Below, in pieces: positions 27,558-41,300 of a stretch of DNA of 64,000 nucleotides. A program made the position numbers and the translations under genes. The notes under the pieces were generated by a model. The model was not told where the DNA came from. It saw only the letters and a program-made list of their open reading frames with translations, and ran no database searches. This stretch comes from Octopus sinensis (lineage: Eukaryota): assembly GCF_006345805.1 (NCBI RefSeq), contig NC_042997.1, forward strand, positions 92,008,001-92,072,000, in the 5' to 3' direction. How positions within the stretch are numbered: the first letter of the stretch is position 1; each line of letters opens with the position of its first letter.

Positions 27558-27689
27558 GTATATATATATGTATATATATATATGTATATATATATATAAT
27601 GCATATATATATGTATATATATACACTCCTGCCACCCATCCCTCACAAAAAGAAACATCCCATATAGTATGGCAAGATGAATATGTAGC

Positions 27690-28600
27690 ATAGTAACTGA
27701 TTCACAAATATGACTAATTAGACTAGATGAACTTAAAACTTCCTCCTAGAGCAAAAATACCCCCTTAAACTAATAGAAAATGGAATCACAAGACCATTGA
27801 AACTAGACATCGCACAACTCAGGACACCCAAAACAAAAAACAAAGAAAACATTATCCCTTTTATAAACACGCACAACCCTGGAGTTACCAACATGTTCCA
27901 AACCATACATTCAAACCTGCCAATAGCCTTACAAAGCCTCAAAATGAAAAACATATTAAACAAATATAGCATAAAAAACAGTAGACGACAGGACAAAAAC
28001 CTAAAGAAACACCTAACAAGAGCGAAATTCTCTTCAGAAACTAAAATGGAATTCTTTGCAAAAGAGTGCGGAGATGGTAGATGTGGGATCTGCAGCAACC
28101 CCACCTACAAATACATAGAGGGAAACAGAGAGATGAGATTTAAAAGTGGTCACGTATTTAAAGTAAATGCAGATATGAACTGCAAGATGCAGAACGTTAT
28201 ATACTGCATAACCTCCCCCACGTGCAAGGAGGATTACATAGGTGAAACTGGTAATTCTTTGTGCCAGCGAGCCAGGATATACCGACAACATGTTCGGCAG
28301 GAAGAACTACGCAAGATACCACTAAGTACACACCTAGCTACGTGTGGAGAAAAAAAGTTTAAGATCTTTCCCTTCTACAAATGTCCGAAGAACGACACCT
28401 CTTTCAGGAGGAATATGGAAAAATATTTCATAGCTAAGTTCTCCCCCAAATTAAATGGCTGAAATTTTACTCATCATACATTGAAGGACAAATCTTTCGA
28501 TTTACAATGTAATATAGTAGAACATTTAGTATATGTGTGTATATATATATTACCTGTTATATACATTATATTATTTTTGTAATTTACTTAATCTTTACTT
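27690..28600 (+). mobile_element. 5'-truncated Penelope-like element with an open 221-aa linker plus GIY-YIG ORF (27797-28462)
   Basis: CGDGRCGIC zinc knuckle, NVIYCITSPTCKEDYIGETG, conserved R (QRARIY), FPFY and EKYFI..FSPKLN. Confidence 0.92.
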
Positions 28601-28687
28601 TTTAATTGTCATTTTAATTTTAACTTTCCTATGATATGCAATTCTCAAGATGGTGTAATTTGATTTTTTTTTTTTTTTTTTTTGTAC

Positions 28688-28900
28688 TTGTTTCAGTCAT
28701 TTGACTGCGGCCATGCTGGAGCACCGCCTTTTAGAGTGGTGAAAGAGTACAGCAGGGATCACCACCATCCCATGCCGGAGCCTCGTGGAGCTTTTAGGTG
28801 TTTTCGCTCAATAAACACACACACCGCCTGGTCTGGGAATCGAAACCGCGATCCTCCGACCGCAAGTCCGCTGCCCTAACCACTGGGCCATTGCGCCTCC
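28688..28900 (-). mobile_element. tRNA-derived SINE (truncated) abutting the tail of a second SINE family
   Basis: Minus-strand head GGAGGCGCAATGGCCCAGTGG...GGTTTCGATTCCC (A and B boxes). Confidence 0.8.
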
Positions 28901-29049
28901 ATTTGTTCATTTTGAATCGATAAAAGGTGTTTTTTTTCTAATATTTCATGTATAAGCATGTATATATATAGTGGTATAAATATCAACACAATTTTTCCCC
29001 TTCCTCCCTTTTTTTCTCTCTTCCCTTCTCCAAACTCACAGACACCCAC

Positions 29050-29091
<42 letters not shown>

Positions 29092-29756
29092 CCACAAAAA
29101 CGATCATAAAAAGTGGAAAGAATTCTTAACCCCAAAAACGCATTTGACCATTAAACACACACACACACATTCTCTCACAACGATAAAAGGAAATATAATG
29201 TGACACTGTGAAGTGGTCAAAACTGAAATTCTTTCTTTTTTTCCCAAGGCCTTAGAACCCCCTTGAAGTCAATATTCTGTCCAGCAGACCAAAAAAATTA
29301 TTTTCTTCTTCCCTCTCCCTTCCCCTCTTTTTCTTTAGCACTCATCCCAGATACAAAAACACACACACACATACACATGTTCTCTCTCTCACTTTCTCCT
29401 CATCCATCACCCTCTTGTACTGTCTTATATTCCTCCCCACCACTACAAACTCTATAAAATGGTCAAAACTCCTCACACAAGAAATAGAAATAGAATTCTA
29501 TGTCTAGTTATATTTGTAATATATTATGTATAATGTCATTGCTGTTGTGTAATGGTTTAATAAAGTATTGATTGGGTATTATCTGATGGTTGATGATTGA
29601 TTTAGGTATGTTTCTCCATTTTCTCATTTTGTATATATTCATATATATATATATATATATCATATATATATATTCATATATATATACATATATATATATT
29701 CATATATATACATATATATATATACAATATATATAACACATATATATATATAATAC

Positions 29757-29805
<49 letters not shown>

Positions 29806-29826
29806 CATATACATACATATATATAT

Positions 29827-30202
29827 GGATGGAAGCACTCCGTCGGTTACGACGACAAGGGTTCCGGTTGATCCGAATCAACGGAACAACCTGCTCGTGA
29901 AATTAACGTGTAAGTGGCTGAGCACTCCACAGATACGTGTACCCTTAACGTAGTTCTCAGGGATATTCAGCGTGACAAGGCCGGCCCTTTGAAATACAGG
30001 TACAACAGAAACAGGAAGTAAGAGTGAGAGAAAGTTGTGGTGAAAGAGTACAGCAGGGATCACCACCATCCCCTGCTGGAGCCTCGTGGAGCTTTAAGTG
30101 TTTTCGCTCAATAAACACTCACAACGCCTGGTCTGGGAATCGAAACCGCGATCCTATGACCGCGAGTCCACTGCCCTAACCACTGGGCCATTGCGCCTCC
30201 AC
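29827..30202 (-). mobile_element. Near full-length tRNA-derived SINE
   Basis: Same A/B-box head as the 28900 copy; flanked by (TA)n. Confidence 0.82.
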
Positions 30203-30330
30203 TACATATATATATATATATAAAGCAATAAAGATTCAAGTTAATTTAAATGAATTTACTTGAATATGGTACCTAACTTAGATGCACCAAAAAAACTATA
30301 CGGTTTTAACAATACAGTAATGTGGGGTGA

Positions 30331-30989
30331 TTATAAGCAAGAAAGAAGCAACAAGAATGGATAGGTTTTTAGTACAATCGTTTCATACAAGGACAGGCTT
30401 TATTAAAAGTTGCAAAAATTGCAGCATATAAACGTGTCCCGTACTCATCAGCTAAAATACATGTGAGTTCTCTAGACATCCTAGTGGTTGAGGCTATACT
30501 CATGAAGTAATGTAGATAATTAAGTAACATAAACAGATTTCCAAAGTTCATAAAGTTCTTTAAAGATGATGTACAGTCTTATCACAGAATTTTTAAAAAG
30601 TTTTAATAGCATCACAGAGAAGGTGACTTAATCCATAGTGTACATATGAATTCCAGAGATATGAGGAGGGATTACATACTCACAGACAAATTTATCCATT
30701 GCTAATCACAACGAGGTGGGTCTCAATTCCTGCTTATTAGCATTACAGAGGGGTGAATTAATCCTTTGTATAGATGCACACAATTTCCAGATGTTACTTA
30801 ATTATCTACATTACTTCATGAGTATAGGCTCAACACTAGGATGTCTAGAGAACTCACATGTATTTTAGCTGATGAGTACGGGGACACGTTTATATGCTGT
30901 AATTTTGCAACTTTTAATAAAGCCTGTCCTTGTATGAAACGATTGTACTAAAAACCTATCCATTCTTGTTGCTTCTTCTCGCGCTATAA
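30331..30989. mobile_element. Inverted-repeat element with ~200-bp arms (30331-30530 / 30791-30989)
   Basis: The arms are near-perfect reverse complements around a ~260-bp spacer. Confidence 0.8.
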
Positions 30990-31118
30990 TATATATATAT
31001 ACATACATACATATATATAATACAATATATACATATACATATATACCATATACATATATATATACATATATATATATACATATATATACATATAATATAT
31101 ATATACATATATATATAC

Positions 31119-31149
<31 letters not shown>

Positions 31150-31154
31150 CATCA

Positions 31155-33163
31155 AGCCATGTACAGAGACGCTGCTAGTAAGGTGAGGGTTGGCACCGAG
31201 TACAGTGAAGAATTCAGGGTAGAGGTTGGGGTCCACCAAGGTTCAGTCCTCAGTCCCCTCCTATTTATCATAGTCCTCCAGGCAATAACGGAGGAATTCA
31301 AGACAGGATGCCCCTGGGAGCTCCTATATGCTGATGACCTTGCTCTAATTGCTGAGTCTCTATCAGAACTAGAGGAGAAGTTTCAGGTATGGAAACAAGG
31401 TTTAGAATCGAAGGGCCTAGAATTAGAATCAACCTAGCCAAAACCAAAGTCCTAATAAGTAGGAAGGTAGACCAATCACAAACGCCTTCAGGTAGATGGC
31501 CCTGCTCGATCTGTAGAAAAGGTGTAGGTAGAAACTCTATAAGATGCACCAAGTGTAAGCTATGGACACATAAGAGGTGCAGCAATGTCAAAGGAAGGCT
31601 AACTAGGAAGATGGTTTTTGTATGTGGCAGATGCTCAGGAACAATTAACACTGAAGATGCTCTGAGACCAACTTCCGTCACTTTCCAGGGAGAAAAGCTA
31701 GTAGAAGTAGTTGATAGTTTCCGTTACCTAGGTGACCAAGTCAGTAGCGGGGGCGGGTGCGGAGAGTATAACTGCTAGAGTAAGAATAGCCTGGGCAAAG
31801 TTTAGAGAGCTCTTACCTCTGCTGGTGACAAAAGGCCTCTCGCTCAAAGTAAAAGGCAGACTGTATGATGCATGTGTACGTACAGCCATGCTACATGGTA
31901 GTGAAACTTGGGCTGTGACTGCTGAGGATTTGCGTAAGCTCGCAAGAAATGAAGCTAGTATGCTCCGATGGATGTGTAACGTCAGTGTTCATAATCGACA
32001 GAGTGTAAGTACCTTGAGAGAAAAGTTGAACCTAAGAAGTATCAGTTGTTGTGTGCAAGAGAGACGTATGCGCTGGTATGGTCATGTGATGAGAATGGCT
32101 GAAGATAGTTGTGTGCGAAAGTGCCACACCCTGGCAGTGGAAGAGGTAGACCCAGGAAAACCTGGGTCGAGGCGGTGAAGCACGACCTTCGAACTTTAGG
32201 TCTCACCAAGGAAATGACCAGTGACCAAGACCTTTGGAGGTATGCTGTGCATGAGAAAACCTGGCAAGACCAGTGAGAACAGTCAAAATCAAGATCAAAC
32301 CAAATTGAGGTCGATCAACATCAGGGCCCCCGTGCAGGTGACAAGTAAAAGTACCATCCGTTCGTAGCCATTCGCCAGCCCTGTCTGGCCCCCGTGTTCG
32401 TTGCCAGCCTGGCCTGGCCCCCGTGCCGGTGACACGTAAAAGTACCATCCGTTTGTGGCCGTTTGCCAGCTCTGTCTGGCCCCCGTGCCGGTGACACGTA
32501 AAAGCACCATCCGTTCGTGGCCGTTTGCCAGCTCTGTCTGGCCCCCGTGCCGGTGACACGTAAAAGCACCATCCGTTCGTGGCCGTTTGCCAGCCCTGTC
32601 TGGCCCCCATGTCGATGACATGTAAAAGCACCATCCGTTCGTGTCCGTTGCCAGCCTCGCCTGGCCCCCGTGCCGGTGACACGTAAAAGCACCATCCGTT
32701 CGTGGCCGTTTGCCAGCCCTGTCTGGTCCCCATGTCGGTGGCATGTAAAAGCACCATCCGTTCGTGCCCGTTGCCAGCCTCGCCTGGCCCCCGTGCCGGT
32801 GACACGTAAAAGCACCATCCGTTTCGTGGCCATTTGCCAGCTCTCTGGCCCCCGTGTTGGTGGCACGTAAAAGCACCATCCGTTCGTTTGTCCGTTGCCA
32901 GCCTCGCTGGCCCCATGCCGGTGACACGTAAAAGCACCATCCGTTCGTGGCCGTTTGCCAGCTCTGTCTGGCACCTGTGCAGGTGGCACGTAAAAAGCAC
33001 CCACTACACTCACGGAGTGGTTGGCGTTAGGAAGGGCATCCAGCCGTAGAAACACTGCCAGATCTGACTGGGCCTGATGAAGCCTTCCAGCTTCACAGAC
33101 CCCAGTTGAACCGTCCAACCCATGCTAGCATGGAGAACGGACGCTAAATGATGATGATGATGA
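31155..33163 (+). mobile_element. 5'-truncated, relatively young RTE-clade LINE with an expanded 3' UTR
   Basis: GVHQGSVLSPLLF, LLYADDL, FRYLG, WAKFRELLPLL, RWYGHVMR; few frameshifts; (GAT)n tail at ~33149-63. Confidence 0.93.
32327..32990. repeat. Minisatellite of ~11 units of 61-62 bp inside the RTE 3' UTR
   Basis: Unit GGCCCCCGTGCCGGTGACACGTAAAAGCACCATCCGTTCGTGGCCGTTTGCCAGCCCTGTCT; two variants alternate in the distal half. Confidence 0.92.
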
Positions 33164-33283
33164 TATATACATATATATACATATATATATACATATACAC
33201 ATACATATATATACATATACACATATACATACATACATATATATACATATATACACATATACATACATAATATATATATATCC

Positions 33284-33314
<31 letters not shown>

Positions 33315-33399
33315 TATATCCATATATACATATATATATCCATATATACATATATATAATATATATATATATATATCCATATATACATATACATATATA

Positions 33400-34035
33400 T
33401 GACCTGGGATGAAGCACAACCTTCAAACTTTAGGCCTCACTAAGGAAATGACTAATGACCAAGACCTTTGGAAATATGCCGTGCGTGAGAAGACCCGGCA
33501 AGCCAAATGAAACCATAATCTCATGGCCTATGCCAGTGGCGTAACCAGCCCACTTATGCGTACCTTTTCCTTCTTTGGACACTAAAACTCTGCTTGCGAA
33601 GACCTGTTGAAGCAAGTGAAATCAAAATCAAATTCGATGACTGGCGTCCGTGCTAGCAGGGTGCAAAGAGCACCATATGAGCGTGATCGTTGCCAGAGCA
33701 GCCAACTGGCTTCTGTGCCAATGACACGTAAAAGGGCACCATTCGAGCGTGACCGTTACCAACGTCACCTTCCTGGCACCTGTGCTGGTGGCATGTATAA
33801 AAGGATTTGAGCGAGGTTGTTGCCAGTACCGGCTGACTGGCCCCCGTACCGGTGGCATGTAAAAAGCACCCACTACACTCTCGGAGTGGTTGGCGTTAGG
33901 AAGGGCATCCAGCTGTAGAAACTCTGCCAAATCAAGATTGGAGCCTGGTGCAGCTATCTGGTTCACCAGCCCTCAGTCAAAATCATCCAACCCATGCTAG
34001 CATGGAAAGCGGACATTAAACGATGATGATGATGA
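33400..34035 (+). mobile_element. RTE LINE 3' end with an unexpanded 3' UTR
   Basis: Same ORF2 end as 32170-32280, 3-4 imperfect internal repeats, (GAT)n tail. Confidence 0.88.
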
Positions 34036-34161
34036 TATACATGCATATATATACATACAAATATATACATATACATACATATATATACACATATATATAT
34101 ATATATACACATATACATACATATATATACACATGCATATATATATATATATATTATATAT

Positions 34162-34203
<42 letters not shown>

Positions 34204-34219
34204 TATATATATGTACACA

Positions 34220-34277
<58 letters not shown>

Positions 34278-34317
34278 TACACATGCATATGTGCATGTAT
34301 AGTCTTCGTGTGAATGT

Positions 34318-35045
34318 GACCTGGGTGTTATTGTCAATAGCGATTTGCGTTGGACAAAACACATCGCTAAAATTGCCAAGAAGTCTAGGGTGTCTTGGAA
34401 TCACTCACCATGTCCTTTGTGAGCCGCTCTCCGGCTATCTATCTGCGGCTTTATATAGCTATGGTACGACCTCACCTGGAATTTGCATCACCAGTCTGGA
34501 CCCCCTATCTTGCCCAGGATATTAATCATCTGGAAGCCGTTTAGCGACGTGCAACCAAGAGAATACCCTCCATCAGGTATTTACCATATTCTGAACACCT
34601 TACTTCCCTGGGCATGGACACATTGAAACTCCGACGTCTGGCAGCTGACTTGGCAGATAACCATAAAATTATTAACCATCTTACAAACAATAACTCTGAG
34701 CACCTTTTCAAACTCCACCTGTCTAACACCCATGAATATGTTTACAAAGTCAGAAAACAGCACAGCTCCCATGACTTTCGGAAACATTTTTTCACGCTAA
34801 GAGTTGCTGAAGCATAGAACAGACTGCCGGCATCAGTTGTTAGTTGTCGGAGCACTGCATCCTTCAAAACTTCCATGCTTCCTGAGATTCGCCAACACTA
34901 CACCTGATTTTCTCCCATCCATACACACGCAAGCATGTATCTGACTCATACACTGTTCATTTTCCAGACATTTGTAAATTACTGCATATACTTTATATGC
35001 ACTTTTTGACAAGTTGTGCACCTGAGCACTGTATACAATAATTTC
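34318..35045 (+). mobile_element. CR1-clade LINE 3' fragment
   Basis: [47 protein letters not shown]. Confidence 0.88.
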
Positions 35046-37067
35046 ATTATTATTATATATATATATATACAACAAAAGAGAACAGTTCTGGGTTAATTTG
35101 TTCAACTAAACCTTTCAAAGCCATGTCTTAGCATGGCTGAAGTCCAATAACTGAAACAAGTAAAAAAATAAGAAACAAAAAAATGACACATAAAAGAAAA
35201 AGAAAAAATTAAACAGAAAAAGATAAAAATCAACACAAAAAATAGCTGAAAATATTTTAATGGAAAAATTTATTTTTTTTTTTTTTAGTTGATGATAATT
35301 TGTTTGTTTGCATGTATTAGTTGAAAATATTTTCAACTGCGATTGCATGTCAATTAAACTGACACTTGATTTGTCAAGACGTTCCCGAATTGGATAAACT
35401 TCAAATTAAGGATTTGAAGACTCTCATTAACCAACAAGTATGAATTTGCTTTTATAGAATGAAGCCAACGATAATAAAATCTACAAAAATATTTCTGATA
35501 GGGAGGAAAAAAATAAGAGCAGCATATTTTCATATTTTTTCGTTGGACTCACTATGTACCAGTTCTTCCTGTTTTGACACACAAACTTCGCATTTAAAAA
35601 AATATTACAAATATAGAATATAAAAATTAGAAATATTTACAATTAAAAGACATTTAACATATGCACAAACATAAAAAGATGTATATATTTCATATTAGGG
35701 ATGCTAAAAATGCCTGAAATTTTGTCTATAGCAAAATGATAAAATTGCTAAAGCATTGAAAAATAAGTACATTTAAATATTGTTTTATTTATAATTATCT
35801 TGATCTGTCCAGTATCACCCCAACAGTACAAGAGTTGTAATGAACATAACTCAGTAAGAGCCATCACAGGCACTTTTAGTAAATCTTTGGCTTAAGAGAC
35901 AAATATTGTTTATACTAGTGTGTAACCATACCATCATTAATGACAAGTTTATTGTATATTCATTTTCACTGATTGGTCTGGAGGAAGTGGCAGTGCTCAC
36001 AGCTTTGGTAGGCCTTCCTATACCAGTGAAATTGAGGCCATAGTCATTTCTTTTGAAATGTAACAAGTCAACACTAGCATGAACTAGTGAAGGAAGAAAT
36101 TGATACACACACACAAACACATATAGTGTGTTGGAGAATGCTAGCATGATATAGTGTGGTTATGGCATAAGCCACGAGTGAGCTGAAACAGCTGTTAAGA
36201 CTATTAAATTACACATTTTGTTCATTTCATATTCTTTATTCTTGTATTTCATGTAAATATACTCATCAAGCCAAGTCAACCTTTTTTTATTTGCCTTTTA
36301 ACATATATATACAAGTATGCATACATATGTGTGTGTGTGTGTGTATTATGTATGTGGCCATTCTGAGGTACTGCTTCAAAGGGTTTCAATGGAATTGACC
36401 CCAATACTCATTTTTTATAAAGCCTAGTACTTATGCCAACCCTCTATTTTTGCCAAACAACTAAGTTGTGGGAACATAAACAAACCAACATTGGTTGCCA
36501 AGTGGTGGATAAACACATGCACATAGATATATACATATGCAACATGCTTCTTTCAGTTTCCATCTACTAAATTCACTCACAAGGCTTTGATTGGCCCAGT
36601 GGAACAATGTGGTTGGGAAGCAAACTTCTTGCAACACAGCCTCAACCACATGATTTTGAATTTAGTCCCAAGGTACTGCAATTCGGGCAAGTATCTTTAC
36701 CTGTAGCACTAGGGCACCCAATAGCTTGTGAGAGAATTTCATAGATGGAAAGTGTATGGAAGCTTATTGTAAATATGTGCGTGCACATGTTTGTGTGTGT
36801 GCATGCATGCATGTGTAAATGTTCACTGCTTGGTGAAAAAAGCAACGCTTTCTTATAATACCCTGTCAAAAAATAGTCTACTAAGTCTGCACTTTCAAAG
36901 ACAAGTGGAATGGAACAAAAGAAAGGATTAGCGATAGGACATCAGGCTGTAAAACAATAGAAGATTCTAGAGGGCAATGTTCTGGGGAAGGACAGGAAAA
37001 ACTAGTTAGTATAGGTTGGGGAGGGAGGTTAAACATAAACACATATTTCTTTAAGTGTATGTGTATG

Positions 37068-37102
<35 letters not shown>

Positions 37103-38269
37103 GACAATGACTTAAACTCTTAACCTTTGAGTCACTTATGTTTGTGCAACTTTACATGCAATTAAAAGATACATGTTGCTTTGCAACTACATGATTTCAG
37201 TTTCAGTTTCACTATGCAACAACTTAGGCAAGTGTTTTCTACTATAGCCCCAGACCAACCAATATCTTGTGTGAATTGGTAAAAACTGTGATGAAGCCTG
37301 TCATATATATATACACACACACATACACATATATACATACATGTATGCATATGTGTGTCTTCATGTTTGTCCCTTCATCACTTGACAACCTGTATTAGTT
37401 TATTCATGTTACCATAACTTAACAGTTCAGCAAAAATAGTCTGATAGAATAAGTACCTGATTTGGAAGAAAAACATAAGTACTTGGGCTGATTTATTTAA
37501 CTAAACCCTTCAAAGCAGTGCTCCAGCATGGCTACTTCCCAATAACTGAAATATGTAAAAAGAAAAAAATTATACATGCCATACTCATATAATGCCCAAA
37601 GCCATGCAGACATTGGTCAGACAAACTGTACTGATGATGGATGACATCATTAATGTGACTAGTAACCTTGATTTTACATAGTGTACAGACAATGCGAAAG
37701 AAAGGGAAAAGATACAAGCAAACACACATACATACATTATGCGTATATATATATATATCTTTGTGATATTGACTGTACAAGACATATCTACTTTTCATTC
37801 CCATCGTACTCTTTCTCCTTTCAGCCCCCACCACTCCTAGCATCCTAAGCTCTGTTGCCTGGGTTACATAAATCTCCATCATACCCCCTGCCATCACAGT
37901 CATGTTGCTTTGCCTTGAATATATACACCTTGCTTAGAATACAGTATACTTCTATGACTCAATGTCTATCATACATCCCTCTCAATGTTATTATTTATGC
38001 CTCTATCACTCATGCTTCTCACCTAGTAAAAAGCCTAAGAGCAAGCAGAGAAGTGATGTTGTGAGTCTCTTTAGTCATGTCAAAAACATGGCTAACTCTC
38101 CAGTGCTAGTGCCATAAAATAAGCACCCAGTATACTCTGTAATTGCTTGCGGTTTAGACAAGCTACTAGCAGTAGATATCAAGTCAAAAATGTAACAAGT
38201 ATAAGATAAGCCATACCTTGAATATACACTGACTTTGAATAAAATGAGCAGTTCAACCCCTGCCAGGAG

Positions 38270-38303
<34 letters not shown>

Positions 38304-41300
38304 CTACACACGTGTGTCTGCATATGATATGATAGTTGGAAATGAACAAATTGTTTGTTTCCAATCTTCTGTATGAACCAAAAATGGCCATGGGGTATAT
38401 TATATGAAAACAGGTGAGGGTAGGCACAAGAGGAAGGGCAATCAGCTGTAAGAACAGCATAGAAAAGATATGTTGTCATCATCATAAATGATATATATTA
38501 TCATCACCATTTTAATGTCCATTTTTCCCATGCTGTCATGGATGAAACAGAAATTATTGAGACAGATTTTCAAGGCTGGATGCTCTTCCTGTTACCAAAC
38601 CTCACCTGTTTCCAAGTAGAGTAATATTTTCTGATGACTAAGCATGTTTTCACAGAATATTAGAATTGAATGACACAGCTTATGAATGATACTATCACAA
38701 GTTTAAATTAAGTGAATATCCATTTCTTCTTAAAAAGTCTTCATATAATTTAAACTTGTGTTATATGATATATATTTGCTAATGCCTATCTACTTCATAT
38801 ACATGTACACACAATATTGCACTTACTGAGCATCAAACCCCAGAAACAGCTGTAAAGGATGTTTTGTTTCCCTATCTTTTATCTATGAGATTTGAGTATG
38901 AACTCTTGAAGAATAACTATGAAGGACTGCTCAGATCCTCTTCTCTTTTTATTTCTGATATAGTATAAACTTTCAGGATACATATCTATATATGAAGAAT
39001 TACTATGAACTCTTGCCTTCTTGTTTTCCTGTCTTTCTGCTCCATTTATATGTATATTTTTATACTCACTTCTGTATAACTATTTTATAAATGCTTTGAT
39101 GCCATTAACTACCTGTCCATTTGTAATTTTACTATAGTAAATATATATTCACACACACAAACACAGACTTGGAGTATTCATAAAAATATATATGTGAGTT
39201 TTATAAACTTTTATTTGAAAATTTTAATTTCCATCACAGAGGTTATGTGAATTGGATATACTGTGTTTCCTATGTAATTTTTATTAATACATAACATATT
39301 TATGTTGAATTGTAATAATATATAAGCTGGAATTTGGAGTATGTACATTTATGTTTTGTGGATACAAACATTGTTTGTTTTTCTTTGAGATGTCTGTGTG
39401 TCAAAATCACAATCTCCACTAAGGGAAATTCTCTGGTTATGATAGATTGAATTTAATATCTAATTATCTTTGCCTTTTGTTAATATGAGATGGTTACTTT
39501 CATGCTGCTTTGTTGGGTTTTACAGGGACTATACACATTCTTAGGTCATTTGTAACATCTGGGGGAGTTAGTCATAGGGTTAGATATAATTTTATTCATA
39601 CTGTCTGTAAATAACCATAGTTTAGCATGTTAAATTACAGTTATAAGTTATAAATTTTATCTGTGCATATGGCTGGCTGTTAATACATGCTGCTGATAAG
39701 GCCTGATTAGGATGAAATGCATTTGGCATTCTTGCTAGCTTTGCTACTGGGACAATTTTCATCCACCTTCAATATATATTGGGTTTTTAAGCACAGTACA
39801 TTCATAAGAGATATTATCTAAGGACAAATACGATAGTAAGTTACCTTTTAATGGTGTATATACATTAAGTATGATACATAGATAGCTATATACCTTTTAG
39901 TTGTTTCAGTCATTGGACTGAGGCCATGCTGGGGCACCACCTTGAAGTTTTAGTTGAATGTATTGACCTTAGTGCTAATTTTTTTTTATAAAGCCTGCCA
40001 CTTACTCTATTGCTCACTTTTGCCAAACTGCTAAGTAGTGGGGATGTAACCTAACAAACACCAATTGTCAAGCAGCAGTGGGGGACAAAGACACATACAC
40101 ATATAAGACAGATTTCTTTCAGTTTCCCACTACCAAATCCACTTATAAAACTTTGGTTGACCAGAGACTTTAGTAGAACACACTTGTCCAACATACCACG
40201 CAATGGGAGTGAACCTGAAACCAAGTGGTTGGGAAGCAAATCACACAGCAATGTCTATATATATATCTTTTGTTTTTATGAGTTTTTTCATGCTAGCATA
40301 TGTAATATATATTTATATACACACGTATGTGTGTGTATGTGTATATATGTATTATATATATGATATAATATATATATAATATAAAACCTATATGAGAACT
40401 ATATGAGAACATATGAGAATTATATGAGAATTATATGAGAACATGTATGTTTGTTTTGGAGATGGTAATAAGACAGCTGGAAAGATAGAGATAGAGAGAG
40501 TAGGGTCGAGAGGGCACAGTAAATTTTAATCATGTGACTGCAATTCTAATCTCTGTTGAAACCACCTTCCACTTTGTTATGCAGAAGAAAGACACCCAAC
40601 TTGCAAATAACTATAAGTTATATCTGTGAGCTAATCGTAAAGCATTTAAACTATATAGCTGAATTAATTTAACTTTCTAAGAACCTTATGACTGTTCACA
40701 TTACACATTAAAATGATTTGGAGTTACAATAATCATATACCTAAATAATTATTGCCCCTCCAAAGCATATCACGTTTGTCGTAAATGTTCATGTTTCTTT
40801 TTAGACTTTTAGTTAACCCTTGTTTCATATGTTCTTAGTAATATTAAAATTTCCTTTCATAAATCTCAAGTTACTCTAGTAGTCGTGAAAAAATTAGAAA
40901 TGTGTGTCATACATGATGCACAGAACAATACCTAGGACAGGTAATTAGTTAACTAATCAGGCCAAAATTTTCTACCTGTATAATTTTCAAACTGGTCAGA
41001 TGCGACCTCTCATAACAACCCTGCAATATCATTCTAAAACTAACAATCAACTCATCAAAATCTCAAAGTTAATAATGCATGATTAATTCAAAACAATGTG
41101 AACAAAAAAGCATTACTTTTGGGAGAATAATGCAAATGCTAAAGGGTTAATGAAGGTACATGATAAAATTATACAAATCTGCCAAATTTACAATTTTAAT
41201 TAGTGTATGTGACTTCTTATTTCTTTGAGAGATTTAAAAGTATGCTTCACTTTGTAAACTATGTCTCATTCTAGTTTGTAATATCTGAAACCAATATCTT

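Noticed and set aside
29827-30202. tRNA-like A/B boxes as tRNA genes (also 1043, 28900, 52160)
   Set aside because: No complete cloverleaf; they continue into repeated SINE bodies.
32203-33118. Three long overlapping minus-strand ORFs and a CRISPR-like look of the 62-bp array
   Set aside because: Units are contiguous with no unique spacers and derive from the LINE 3' UTR; the ORFs are a by-product of the repeat. No cas genes; eukaryotic context.
33010-34525. Many IYIY/YIYI ORFs (also near 3662-4584, 27272-27693, 29660-31239)
   Set aside because: Translations of (TA)n/(TACA)n microsatellites.
35379-35437. Plus-strand candidate exon DVPELDKLQIKDLKTLINQQ
   Set aside because: Plausible splice sites, but no in-phase partner exons that form a recognisable protein.
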